Shown: positions 51,654-64,000 of the stretch, in pieces
How the letters are laid out: each line of letters begins with the position of its first letter
How positions within the stretch are numbered: the first letter of the stretch is position 1
Assembly (NCBI GenBank): GCA_951406725.2
Contig: OX597837.1
Span: 37,510,001-37,574,000, forward strand
Reading direction: 5' to 3'
DNA from: Octopus vulgaris
Taxonomy: Eukaryota
Length of the DNA stretch: 64,000 nt
Program-made: the position numbers and the translations under genes
The notes under the pieces: generated by a model
Databases searched by the model: none
What the model saw: the letters and a program-made list of their open reading frames with translations, nothing else
What the model was told of the DNA's origin: nothing

Positions 51654-53257
51654 TTTTGTAAACAAACTTTTGGAAGCATCAAATGTGTTTTGTGTTTTAC
51701 AGACAAGAAAATAAAATTTCCAACACAATATATATTTCTTTACTGCCCCCAAGGGGCTAAACACAGAGGGGGACAAACAAGGACAGACAAATGGATTAAG
51801 TCGATTATATTGACCCCAGTGCGTAACTGGTACTTAATTTATCGACCCCGAAAGGATGAAAGGCAAAATCGACCTCGGCGGAATTTGAACTCACAATGTA
51901 ATGGCAGACAAAGTACGGCTATACATTTCGCCCGGCGTGCTAACATTTCTGCCAGCTCGCCTTCCAACACAATATAGCCATGAAAACAACAGAAAGATTG
52001 GGTATTTTGCCGCCTTATAAGGGTAAAATATCCAATGTTTGGTAAGTAGCTTGCTTCCCAACTACATGGTTCTGGGTTCAGTCCCACTGTGCGGTACCTT
52101 GGGCTGACCAAAACCTTATGAGTGGATCTCGTAGAAGGAAACTGAAAGATGCCCATCGTATATATGTATATATATATTGTGGCACTCCATTGGTTATGAC
52201 AATGAGGGTTCCAGTTGATCCGATCAACGGAACAGCCTGCTCGTGAAATTAATGTGCAAGTGGCTGAGCACTCCACAGACACACATACCCTTAACGTAGT
52301 TCTCGGGGAGATTCAGCGTGACACAAAGTATGACAAGACTGGCCCTTTTGAAATACAGGTACAACAGAAACAGGAAGAAAGATTGAGAGAAAGTTGTAGA
52401 GAAAGAGTACAGCGGGGTTCACCACCATCCCCTGCCGGAGCCTCGTGGAGCTTTAGGTGTTTTCACTCAATAAACACTCACAATGCCTGGTTTGGGAATC
52501 GAAACCGTGATCCTATGACCAAGAGTCTGCTGCCCTAACCACTGGGCCATTGCACCTCCACATTATATATATATATTTGTATGTCTGTGTTTGTCCCCAC
52601 CACCATCGCTTGACAACTACTGTTGGTGTTGATGTTGAGCGAACGGTTTTCGTCCCAGAGCTCGCATGATGGGAGAAGTCCGAAATGTGGTCCTTTGCTA
52701 TTCGTAAGACCTGCAGAAGAGAGAGCAGGTCAATCCCCCCGACACCGATAGCATCGACGGGTGTATGAATGCGCATCCAGGCTCAGCGGTTGCGTAGGAA
52801 ATCGGGGACAAGAAACAGGAAGAAAGAGTGAGAGAAAGTTCGGGCGAAAGAGTACAACAGGGGTCGCCACCATCCCCTGCTGGAGCCTCGTGGAGCTTTG
52901 GTGTTTTCACTCAATAAACACACAATGCCTGGTCTGGGAATTGAAACCGCAATCCTCCGACCGCGAGTCCGCTGCCTAACCACTGGGCCATTGCATCTCC
53001 ACTGCTGTTGGTGTCTTTACATCCCTGTAACTTAGCAGTTCGGCAAAAGAAACTGACAGAGTAAGTACTAGGTTGATTTGTTCAACTAAGGGTGGTGCTC
53101 CAGCTTGGCTGCAGTCAAAAGACTGAAACAAATAAAAATATATACTGTGTTCAAAATATAACTTTCTTGTCTGTAAAATACGAAACACATTTGTCCATTC
53201 CGACGTTTGTTTACAAAATGTTGTTGCATTCCAAAGGCCGTTGTACTTAGTATTTAA

Positions 53258-53638
53258 CTAGCAGTATCGCCCGGCGTTGCTCAGGTTTGTAAGGGAAATA
53301 ACTATAAAGCATTTTTAGAGAGTTATAGCCAAAAAATAGCAAAAAAATGGAAAAAAATGATGGTAAATTTTTTTGAGTTAAAACAGGTGGAGTTGCGTCC
53401 CCTAGACGGTCTGTGGTTTGGGTTTCTCATTCTCGACCCCATGTCGAATTTATCGATTTTTTTCAGAACTGGGGGAACTTTTCAAAATTTTCGCTGCGTT
53501 AGTTTTGAATTATGACATTGGGCTATGTGTGTGTCAAGTTTCATCAGAATCGGTTGAAAGCCGTGGTCAGAGTGAGGGTACGAGAAAACAGACACACAGA
53601 AACACGCACAGACAAACTGCCGTTTATATAGAGAGAGA
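53258..53638 (-). mobile_element. Non-autonomous Helitron-like element
   Basis: Reverse-complement copy of 20048-20430. Confidence 0.75.
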
Positions 53639-54174
53639 TTTGGAGATTGTTGTCAGCAGGCTATTTAGCTTAACCCTTTAGTGTTCGCATTATTCTGCCA
53701 AAATTAATGCTTTTTCATCCACTTTGTTTTGAACTAATCATGCATTATCTTGTAACTATGAGAATTTGATGAGATAGCTGATAATTTTTAAAATGATATA
53801 GTAGGGTTGGTGTGAGAGACCAGATCTGGCCAGTTTGAACACAAAACAGGCAGAATACTTTTGGCTGGATATGGCCGGTTTAAATGCTAAAGGGTTAATG
53901 GTAAACTACTCAGGTGATATATTGAGATATCTTATCCACAGACAAACAAAGAAACAAACACAACTGAAAACAATACCTCTGCCTTTGCTAAGGCAGAAGT
54001 AATAATGATAAACTATAAGAAGAGCGTGATGTGATTTGTAACAGAAATCCAGTCTGTTTATTGAACAGATTGAACAATAAACGGAGTTAATGTCTGTTAC
54101 AAATTGCATTGTGCTCTTCTTTTTGTTTATTTACCTTCCGGAAGAGTTACGCCAATCTTGATAAATTAAAAATG

Positions 54175-54213
<39 letters not shown>

Positions 54214-55117
54214 GTGCTTGAAAATGACCGCATCTCACTCCTCTGAAACTTCACCATTCAAACTGACAGAAAGAGACATACACGCCCTGATACCATCGGT
54301 ATCTACATATCAAATTTGAGCGCAATCAGATGGAGGATGCCCAAGATCCTAGAAGACACACAGACAGACAGACAGAACGGATTTTATATAATAGATTTTA
54401 TATACTTTATGCACAATTTTATAGACTTAATATACAGCACTCTCCCTCTTTGCCTTACCCTCTTTTTCTCTTCCCTTTGTCTTTCATATTTCGTCTTTCC
54501 CTTCAATTAATCATGTGAAAACATTACAGACGGGCTTAGTAATGGAGGAAAAAAGCTTAGTTAAATATAAAAATTACACATTTCACACACCACGTCCTCT
54601 CCCTCTCCCTCCCCTCCTTCATCTAATCACTTGGGAGCGTTACGGATGGGCTAAGTAACGGAGTGACAAGCAGAATTATTACAAGGTCCTTTCATTTCGC
54701 AATGAATAAATAAATAAATAAAATAGGGAACACACAAACAACAAAATCAAAAGCATCAAATGACTGATATTTTGTTTAATTGATTTTCAATAAACAAAGT
54801 GTAAACAGCCCTGATTAACTAATCTATATTTTTAATTAAGCATCTATAGTTCATTGTTTATTATTATTATTATTATTATTTTTGTATTATTTTAGTGATT
54901 GTCTGAAAGAGGAGAGCAGGAGATATAAACACGATGACATCCTGTCTGAGTAAGTCAAGTGGTAGTGACATGGTATATAATTATTTTCAGGAACAGGAAG
55001 ATGTTGTTGTCGATGTTGTCAATGTTGCTGCTGCTGCTGCTCAGCCATAGATGAGTCTTGATCAAGCAGAACTATGACGAAAAATATCTACCAGTTACCT
55101 CTTGACATTTTTTCTAT

Positions 55118-55166
<49 letters not shown>

Positions 55167-55427
55167 TAATCCTTTCTATTAAAGACACAAGACCTGAAAT
55201 TTGGGTTGAGGGGATTAGTCGAAGGGACTAGTTGATTACTAGTCGACTACAACGACCCCAATGTTGATTTATCATTTATCAACCCTGAAAGGACGAAAAG
55301 CAAAGTCAACCCCAACAGAACTCAGGATATAAAGATGGGTGAAATACCGCTAAGCATTTTGACCAGCATACTAACGATTCAGCCAGCTTGCCACCAATAA
55401 TAATGATGATGATAATAATGGTGGTGG

Positions 55428-55459
<32 letters not shown>

Positions 55460-56067
55460 GGCTACTGGACCTGAAGAAAATTCTAACTGGGCCCCACCTG
55501 TAAGGTCATGTGCTGTTTATCGTGATATGAGATCACCATGTCTGGCACATGTGGTAGCGATGCATGTGCCTGATGTATTCTTATCAGACGGGTAGTCATG
55601 TTGGGTATACTGGGCTTCGTATATTTTACCCCAGTGTCACTTTGATGGCATGCTCTGCTCTCTCACTCAATAATAATAATAATAATAATAATAATGGCTT
55701 CAAATTTTGGCACAAGCCCAGCAATTTCAGGGAAACCAAAAAAGATGAAGGGCAAAGCTGACCTTAGCAGAATCTAATCGTAGAATGTTGAGATGGATGA
55801 AATGCCGCTAAGCATTTTGCTTGGCATGCTAACGTTTCTGCGAGCTTGCAGCCTTAATAACAATAATAATCATTTCCAATAAAGGCACAGGGCCTGAAAT
55901 TCTGGGGGGAGGGAGTTTGTTGATTATACCTACCCCAGTACTCAACTGGTACTTATTTTATCAACTCTGAAAGGATGAAAGGCAAAAATCGACCTCTGTA
56001 GAATTTGAACTCAGAATATAAAGATGCAGATCATCCGGCATGCTAACGATTCTGCCAGCTTGCCACT

Positions 56068-56110
<43 letters not shown>

Positions 56111-56441
56111 TATTAATAAGATAGGCTACTCAACCAGAAGAAAATTCTAACTGGGCCCCACCTGCAAGGTCATGTGCTGTTTATCGTGATATGAGATCAC
56201 CATGTCGCGCACATATGGTTAAGTTGCATGTGCCTGGTGTATTCTTACCAAATGGGTAGTCATGATGGGTATACTGGGCTTCGTATATTTTACCCCAGTG
56301 TCACTTTGATGGCATGCACTGCTCTCTCACTCAACAATAATCATAATAATAATAATAATTTCCCAATCCAAACAGATCAGGTGCTAGAGCATAACAGACT
56401 GGACCTAGTAGAGGTGGACAAGGTGCACCACTCTTTCAACA

Positions 56442-56472
<31 letters not shown>

Positions 56473-59400
56473 CTTTTATTGGGCACAAGGGCCCAAGATA
56501 TGGAGGGCAATATCAAAGGACGAGTTACAGCACAAAAACAAACCAAAAACAAAAGATACAAAAACAACAACAATAAAAACAGGTGGGGTTTACATCGACC
56601 AACGTGAGATACAACCACACATTAGGGGATATAACAGAGGATATATAATAGAAATTAGAGAAATAAATAATAAATAAATAAATAGAATCCCCAATAGCGA
56701 GGCAGTTCACTTGGGGGTAATTTGGGGGTAAACCCCGTGTAAAAATCCTGGATTACTCTGTAATCTCCAAGGCATGGGAAACTGCCCTCTTCCAGTTTCT
56801 TTCCTCCTGCTTAGAAAAGCAACTTCAGAATCGATCCATTCAATCTCACCAAACAACATTTTAATTATACCAAAGTTATTTTAGCAAATTCTTCATTATT
56901 TTCAAAATTAATTGAAACAGACGCAGGAGTGGCTGTGTGGTAAGTAGCTTGCTTACCAACTACATGGTTCCGGGTTCAGTCCCACTGCGTGGCACCTTGG
57001 GCAAGTGTCTTCTACTATAGCCTCGGGCCGACCAAAGCCGTGTGAGCAGATTTGGTAGATGGAAACTGAAAGAAGCCCGTCGTATGTATATTTATATATA
57101 TGTGTGTTTGTGTGTCTGTGTTTGTCCCCTCAACATCGCTTGACAACCGATGGTAGTGTGTTTACATCCCTGTAACTTAGCGGTTCGGCAAAAGAGTCCG
57201 ATAGAATAAGAACTAGGCTTACAAAGAATAAGTCCTAAGGTCGATTTGATCGACTAAAGGCGGTGCACTAGCATGGCCACAGTCAAATGACTGATACAAG
57301 TAAGTAAGTAAAAAAACTATATTTTAATAGAAATTTAGCAACAAAAGGGTTTAAGTCATCTAAACTTAAAGTTTTCCATCAAAATTTTATGCTCATTTAT
57401 GTTCCAAACACCAGCTTAATGGTTATGACAAAGTTATTTTGTTAAATTCTTCACTAGTTTCAAAAAGATTTGAAACAAATGCCGTATATTTCAACAGAAA
57501 TATAGTATGAAAGAGGTTAAAGTGTTCTAAATTAAAACTTTCCTTCAAAATTTTAAGCGAATTTATGTTCCAAACTCCAGTTTAATATGACAAAATTTTG
57601 TTAAATTCTTCACTAGTTTCAAAAGGATTTGAAACAAAAACCGTATATTTCAATGGAAATACAATATCAGAAACGTTAAAGTGTTCTAAATTAAAACTTT
57701 CCTTCAAAATTTTAAGCGAATTTCTGTTCCAAACACCAGCTTAATATGACAAAGTTATTTTAGTAAATTCTTCATTATTTTTCAAAACGATTTGAAACAA
57801 AAGCTGTATATTTCAATAGAAATATAGTATGAAAGAGGTTAAAGTGTTCTAAATTAAAAGTTTCCTTCAAAATTTTAAGTGAATTTCTGTTCCAAACACC
57901 AGCTTATTATGACAAAATTATTTTAGTAAATTCTTCATTTTTTTCAAAATGATTTGAAACAAAAGCTATATATTTCAACAGAAATATAGTATCAAAGAGG
58001 TTAAAGTGTTCTAAATTAAAACTTTCCTTCAAAATTTTAAGTGAATTTCTGTTCCAAACACCAGCTTATTGGTGACAAAGTTATTTTAGTAAATTTTTCA
58101 CTATTCTCAAAATAATTTGAAACAAAGGCAGTGCATTTCAAGAGAAATATGCTTAAAGAAAGGGAAATTAATGTTTCTGAGGGAAATTTTTTATTGTAGA
58201 AAGAAAAGAAATGTCTTTTCTTCTTAACAAGAATGATAAAATGCATCCGGATTAGTGCCAGAGAGAAAAAATACAAATAAAAGAAGAGCAAGAGGAGGAG
58301 GATGAGGAAGAGGAGAGGAAGAAATGGTAACCAGTGTTAACGGAGGGAGGAGTAGAAGTAGGAGGTTATCAGAGCAAGGAGAAAATAAGAGGAATGTTGG
58401 GAGATTATTTAAAAAAATAAAAAAATGTCATGGGGAGAAGGAGGAGGAGAAAACGAGAGGGAAACGCAGTACAAAGGAACCCTGTAAAGTGGAACATCTG
58501 ATAAAGTGGATATTTCTGGATGTTGCTTGTAGTAACACTTCTGCCATCTTATCTGCAGGGCATGGCTGAGATTATTTGTTCAGCAGAAACTGGAGAATTG
58601 GTCTCTCCTTTCCATTTTTTTATATTTTGTAACTTTTTTTTATGTAATGTACTTTCTTTCTTTATTTGTTTTTTTTTTTTTTCTTCTTCTTTTACTTGTT
58701 TCAGTAATTCGAGTGCAGCCATGCTGGAGCAATGCCTTGAAGGATTTTAGTCGAGCAAATCGACCCCAGGACTTATTCTTTGTAAGCCTTGTACTTATTC
58801 TATTGGTTTCTCTTACCAAACCGCTAAGTGACAGGGACATAAACACACCAGCATCGGTTGTCAAGCGATGTTGGGGGTCCAAACACAGACACAGAAACAC
58901 ACACACAAATATATATACATATACATGTATACAACGGGCTTCTTTCAGTTTCCGGCTGCCAAATCCACTCACAAGGCTTTGGTTGGCCCGAGGCTATAGT
59001 AGAAGACACTTGCCCAAGGTGCCACACATGTAGTTGGTAAGCAAGCTACTTACCACATAGGTAGTCCTTGTCTTTATGTTCTGAGTTCAAATTCAAATTT
59101 GACTTTGCCTTTCATCCTTTCGGGGTCGATAAATTAAGTACCAGTTACGCACTGGGGTTGATCCAATCGATTGGCCTCCTCCCTCAAAATTTCAAGCCTT
59201 GTGCCTAGACTAGAAAACATGATGAATGGTCAAGTGATGCTCCAATCCTCCATATGACTTGCAGGCTTTTTGATAGACATTGCATTGAAACTGGTCATCT
59301 AGAACAAAATTCCTAAAAGTTCATTTACACCTTAACCACATGGCCATACTGGTGCAATCTCATATTAGTGCAAAATATGTGTAATTTTGTGCATCAGGAA

Positions 59401-62400
59401 CATTTGAAGAAGGAATGAGAAACACTTGCAACATTATTGATATTAATCTCGTGTTTTACAAACTTTTCTTTTCACTTCCACATGGTTAAACACACATGCA
59501 TTCATACATACATCATCATCATCGTTTAACGTCCACTTTCCATGCTAGCATGGGTTGGACGATTTGACTGAGAGCTGGCGAACCAGATGGCTGCACCAGG
59601 CTCCAGTCTTGATCTGGCAGGGTTTCTACAGCTGGATGCCCTTCCTAACGCCAACCACTCCGAGAGTGTAGTGGGTGCTTTTATATGCCACCGGCATGGG
59701 GGCTAGTCAGGAGGCACTGGCATTGACCACGCTTGAATCTTTTTACACATGCCACCGGCACAGGTGCCAGTAAGGCGATGCTGGTAACGATCACGCTCGA
59801 ATGGTGCCTTTTACGTGCCACCGGCACATACAAAGATATGTACAATGGAGTAGTTTTGATCAAATATTGTGTGGTATTACTTTAAAGAGATTTGTTGTTT
59901 AAGGCTGGAACAATATGAGAAGGTACAAAGTGAACTACAAAAGGAAAAGGAAACTGAAACAAAGCAAATTGCCGTTTTATCTTGTGTTTTTAGATTTCAG
60001 GGTTATAACCCCTTCTTCAGGACATATGGAAAAAGCAAGGGATGGAAAAGTTATTGTTCAGATGTGGTCAATCGTTGCCCAAATTATCAATTTTTTTTCC
60101 ATCCCTCGCTTTTTCCAAATAACCCTGAAATATAGAAATACAAGATAAAATGAAAACTTTGTTTTGTTTTCCTTTTGTCGTTTATTTTGTACCTTCTTGT
60201 ATTGCTCTGACCTTACACAACAAATCTCCTTAAAATAAGACATACAAATATTGTGTGCACACGTATTTCTTGCATATGACTTTAAACTGCATCCGGTAGT
60301 AAAGTCCTGGTTTGGGAATTCCAAGGTTCTGATGAGTGTAGAACCACTTCTTAACTACTGTTGGTCCCAAGTCTACTCTGGCCCAGAGTAGTCCTGAAGA
60401 AGGGGTTATAACCCTGAGTCAATTAGCATGTTATGGGAGAAACCTCAAGCACAAACCCTCACTGCCTTCTGAGTAACTTGGGAAAGGAAAAGGCTAGGGG
60501 AGTCAACCTTGACAGCAAATCAAGAAGTGGAGTCCTTCAGGGCATCTGGTGCCCTCTTTGATCCCCCTTCCAGCTATTTGAGAGTAGGTGAAGCTCTCCA
60601 GCCTTGAAAGAGAATTCACTTAGAAGAAGACCCCCACCCAATGTAAAACCTACAGCTTATTGATCTCCACAACTGCCTTAGTCCGCTAGGCCACTGCGAT
60701 CAGACCTCCAAGTCAGGGATTGGATTGCATGGCCTGACTCTCACTTTAAAACTTCTAAACGCAGGCCGGAAGAAAAGTCTTACAGTACCAAGGATCAGTT
60801 TACATAGCAACCTGAGGGCATACCACTCTTTGTACTGATCTTCAGACACGAAGAAAAGGGAACTGCCATCAATCAATCAATATCATTTAATATGCATAGG
60901 ATTTACATATGAGCTACCATAAGTTTTATGCTTTGATAGCACAAAAGGCAGCCAAGTTTTCTGCAGTGACAATAACCAAGACAAGATTACGAAGTAGACT
61001 AGACATAAGGAATATACTTCAAGTGTTATTGTCTCTCATCACTCCCAGATGGGATGTCTAGTTGCAGGGAAACCAGCTCAAGGCTCCCACTGATTCTGGT
61101 ACAATGTGATAATAGTGTAATAGGTATTGATTCAGGGACACTAAGCATGCAAGTGTATGGTCAGGCTGGAGTCCAGACATGAAAATCAAAGGAGAATACG
61201 CTTTTTCTTCCCTTTAATAAATTGCTCTTTTTATCATTGCTCTCTTTATTGAAATGCGTTTAAATTACAGATATGTGCCACTACGGTCTGTGGAAAGATT
61301 GTCCGGCATGAAACTGGTCCGTGGCGAGCTGGCAGAATCGCTAGTGTGCTGGACGAAGTGCTTAGCGGTAATTCGTCTGCCATTACGTTCTGAGTTCAAA
61401 TTCCGCCGAGGTCGACTTTGCCTTTCATCCTTTCGGGGTCGATAAATTAAGTACCAGTTACGCACTGGGGTCGATGTAATCGACTTAATACCTATGTCTG
61501 TCCTTGTTTTTGTCCCCTCTATGTTTAGCCCCTTGTGGGCAATAAAGAATTAGGTATAAAAAGGGTTATAAAATAGGTATAAAAGACGGCGAGCTGGCAG
61601 AAACGTTAGCACGTGGGGTGAAATGCTTTGTGGTATTTCGCCCGCCGCTGCGTTCTGAGTTCAAATTCCGCCGAGGTCGACTTTGCCTTTCATCCTTTCA
61701 GGGTCGATAAATTAAGTACCAGTTACACACTGAGGTCGATGTAATCGACTTAATACCTATGTCTGTCCTTGTTTGTCACCTCTATGTTTAGCCCCTTGTG
61801 GGTAATAAAGAAATAGGTATAAAAAAGGTTAGAGATCACAGGTCTAATTCAAGCAAGCATGGAAAAAGGGACGTTAAAAAGATGATGATAGTAACATACT
61901 CTGTAGCTAGCTATCAGAAGGTAACCAGACGAAAAAAAAGTTCCTGTGATGCAGCCGATCGATTAAATATTTCTATAAAACATGCTAGACTGGCATTGCA
62001 ATTATTAGATTTTGGTTAAGGCTACAGAGAGAAAGGAAAACGATTTGGAATGATGACCGAGGAGGCATTTATTATTAAATGTTTAAAGGGAGAAATTTGA
62101 CAAGACAATCAGACACCGGCTGACACTCGCTGACGATACATCGAAGAGGCCAGGGAACAGAAGAGAGAAGAAGAAAGAAGACATGCACCCAACACCAGAG
62201 CTGAAGACACCTCCGAAAGGAGGAGGGGCACGTCAAAACGGTAGAGGAGTAGGGGCCGAAACCGGACATGGTTCCTCCTGATGATGTCTTGAGCTAACTG
62301 GATCCTATAAAGGAGCTGTTGTGGTAGCAAACCACGAAACACGGTTGTAATTCCTCTGTCAAGGGGCGATGGATTGGCAGAAAAGTTAGAATGTCTTTGA

Positions 62401-63509
62401 GTCGAAATTCCACCGTGGCCAACTTTACCTTTCATCGATCTTTTCAGGGTCGATAGTTTCGACAACCAATTTGCCTCAAAAATGTTTGGCCTTGTGCCTA
62501 AACCAGAGGTAGCAGAATCGTTAGAGAATCAGACAAAGAAGAAAAACAAAAGAAAATGTTTTGCCGTATTCCTTGCGACTGTTTATAGATCTGAGTTCAA
62601 ATTCCACCGTGGCCAACTTTACCTTTCATCCATCTTTTCCGGGTCGATAGTTTCGACAACCAATTTCCCCCAAAACTGTTGGCCTTATGCCTAAACCAGA
62701 GGTAGCAGAATCGTTAGAGAATCAGACAAAGAAAAACAAAAAAATTGTTTTGCCGTATTCCTTACGACTGTTTATAGATCTGAGTTCAAATTCCGTCGGG
62801 GTCAACTTTGCATTTCATAACATCTTTTGGGCATCTTTATAGATTAAAGTACGAGTGAAGTGAAGTACTGCCAAGTTTAGTGGTATCAACTAAAGCCCTT
62901 CCGTTGCTGTTCGGAAATTGCTGTTCGTGTGTCTGCCTGAACCACGAGCCAACAATATCAAATGTTTATAACAAGGCGCAGGAGTGGCTGTGTGGTAAGT
63001 AGCTTGCTTACCAGCCACATGGTTCCGGGTTCAGTCCCACTGTGTTGCATCTTGGGCAAGTGTCTTCTGCTATAGCCAGCCCCGGGCCGACCAATGCCTT
63101 GTGAGTGGATTTGGTAGATGGAAACTGAAAGAAGCCCGTCGTATATATGTATATATATATATATATGTGTGTGTGTGTTTGTGTGTCTGTGTTTGTCCCC
63201 CTAGCATTGCTTGACAACCGATGCTGGTGTGTTTACGTCCCCGTTACTTAACGATTCGGCAAAAGAGACCGATAGAATAAGTACTGGGCTTACAAAAGAA
63301 TAAGTGCCGGGGTCGATTTGCTCGACTAAAGGCGGTGCTCCAGCATGGCCGCAGTCAAATGACTGAAACAAATAAAAGAGTAAAAGAGTAAGAATATACA
63401 CACACATTTACTTACGTGTCAATGCACTAGCGCAAATATTTATACATATATATATATATATGTGTGTGTGCGTTCGTATTTATTTTATATATATGAAGTA
63501 TATTTAAAG

Positions 63510-63670
63510 TAAACAGCGGAAGTAACACTAGTTGTAGTAATGGTTTAATAATAATCAATAACAGCAGTTTTAAAAAAAATCTGGTATTATCTTTAAGTGT
63601 AGGGTGACATGCTACTTCTGTCGGGAGACTAAACAGAGCGATGAAGGTCAGCTGACGTCATAATCGCACT
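63510..63670. promoter_or_regulatory. Candidate promoter of a neighbouring gene (ETS and CRE motifs)
   Basis: CGGAAGT at 63517-63523 and TGACGTCA at 63653-63660; possible + strand donor AAG|GTAAAC at 63898. Confidence 0.35.
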
Positions 63671-63923
63671 AACCCATGTGAGAGACAGAGAGAGGGAGGG
63701 AGACAGAGAGAGAGGAAGGGAGAGAGAGTGAGAGAGAGACAGAGCACTTAGACCTCCACACATCATAACAATACAAGGTGGGTTTGCAGATTTCTCCTCC
63801 GTTTTTCTTCTTCCTTTACTATCACTGCACCAATTTACTTTGGCGGGCTTCACTTTGTTTTCTTCTCTCGTCGTCCTCATTGCATTGCATATCTAAGGTA
63901 AACCAAACATTAAATACTTAACC

Positions 63924-63959
<36 letters not shown>

Positions 63960-64000
63960 AGCTTTTAACCTATTGCCTATTCAGTAATTGCATTTCTCTC

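Noticed and set aside
59225-59300. C2H2-like peptide on - strand (QCNVYQKACKSYGGLEHHLTIH)
   Set aside because: Degenerate and isolated; more consistent with an RTE LINE C-terminal remnant than with a zinc-finger gene

Overview
Eukaryotic, AT-rich, repeat-dense DNA. The tRNA-derived SINE families with internal (TA)/(CA) microsatellites look like those of an octopus genome (recognised from memory, not database-checked). One complete protein-coding gene is supported: nuclear-encoded mitochondrial ATP synthase F1 gamma subunit (ATP5F1C/ATP5C1), + strand, 7 coding exons from 33075 to 46365, 873 nt / 290 aa, all introns GT-AG. The rest is SINEs, microsatellites, minisatellites, MITEs (Merlin-, hAT-, mariner- and piggyBac-like), non-autonomous Helitrons, LINE fragments (RTE, CR1, R4/Dong-like) and a decayed DDE transposase. 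Nearly all ORFs in the supplied track are artefacts of repeats. Main novelties: (1) a 533-bp tandem unit (17083-18083), each copy carrying an intact type I hammerhead ribozyme, giving a retrozyme-like or non-autonomous Penelope-like element able to release a 533-nt (circularisable) RNA; (2) a fold-back carrying two outward-facing hammerheads (7528-7728), plus several degenerate hammerhead motifs elsewhere; (3) an intron-containing tRNA-Lys(UUU) head fused to a SINE tail in ATP5F1C intron 3; (4) a 29-bp intronic minisatellite in which every unit carries a 5' splice-site motif; (5) an orphan duplicate of the exon 3 acceptor downstream of the gene.
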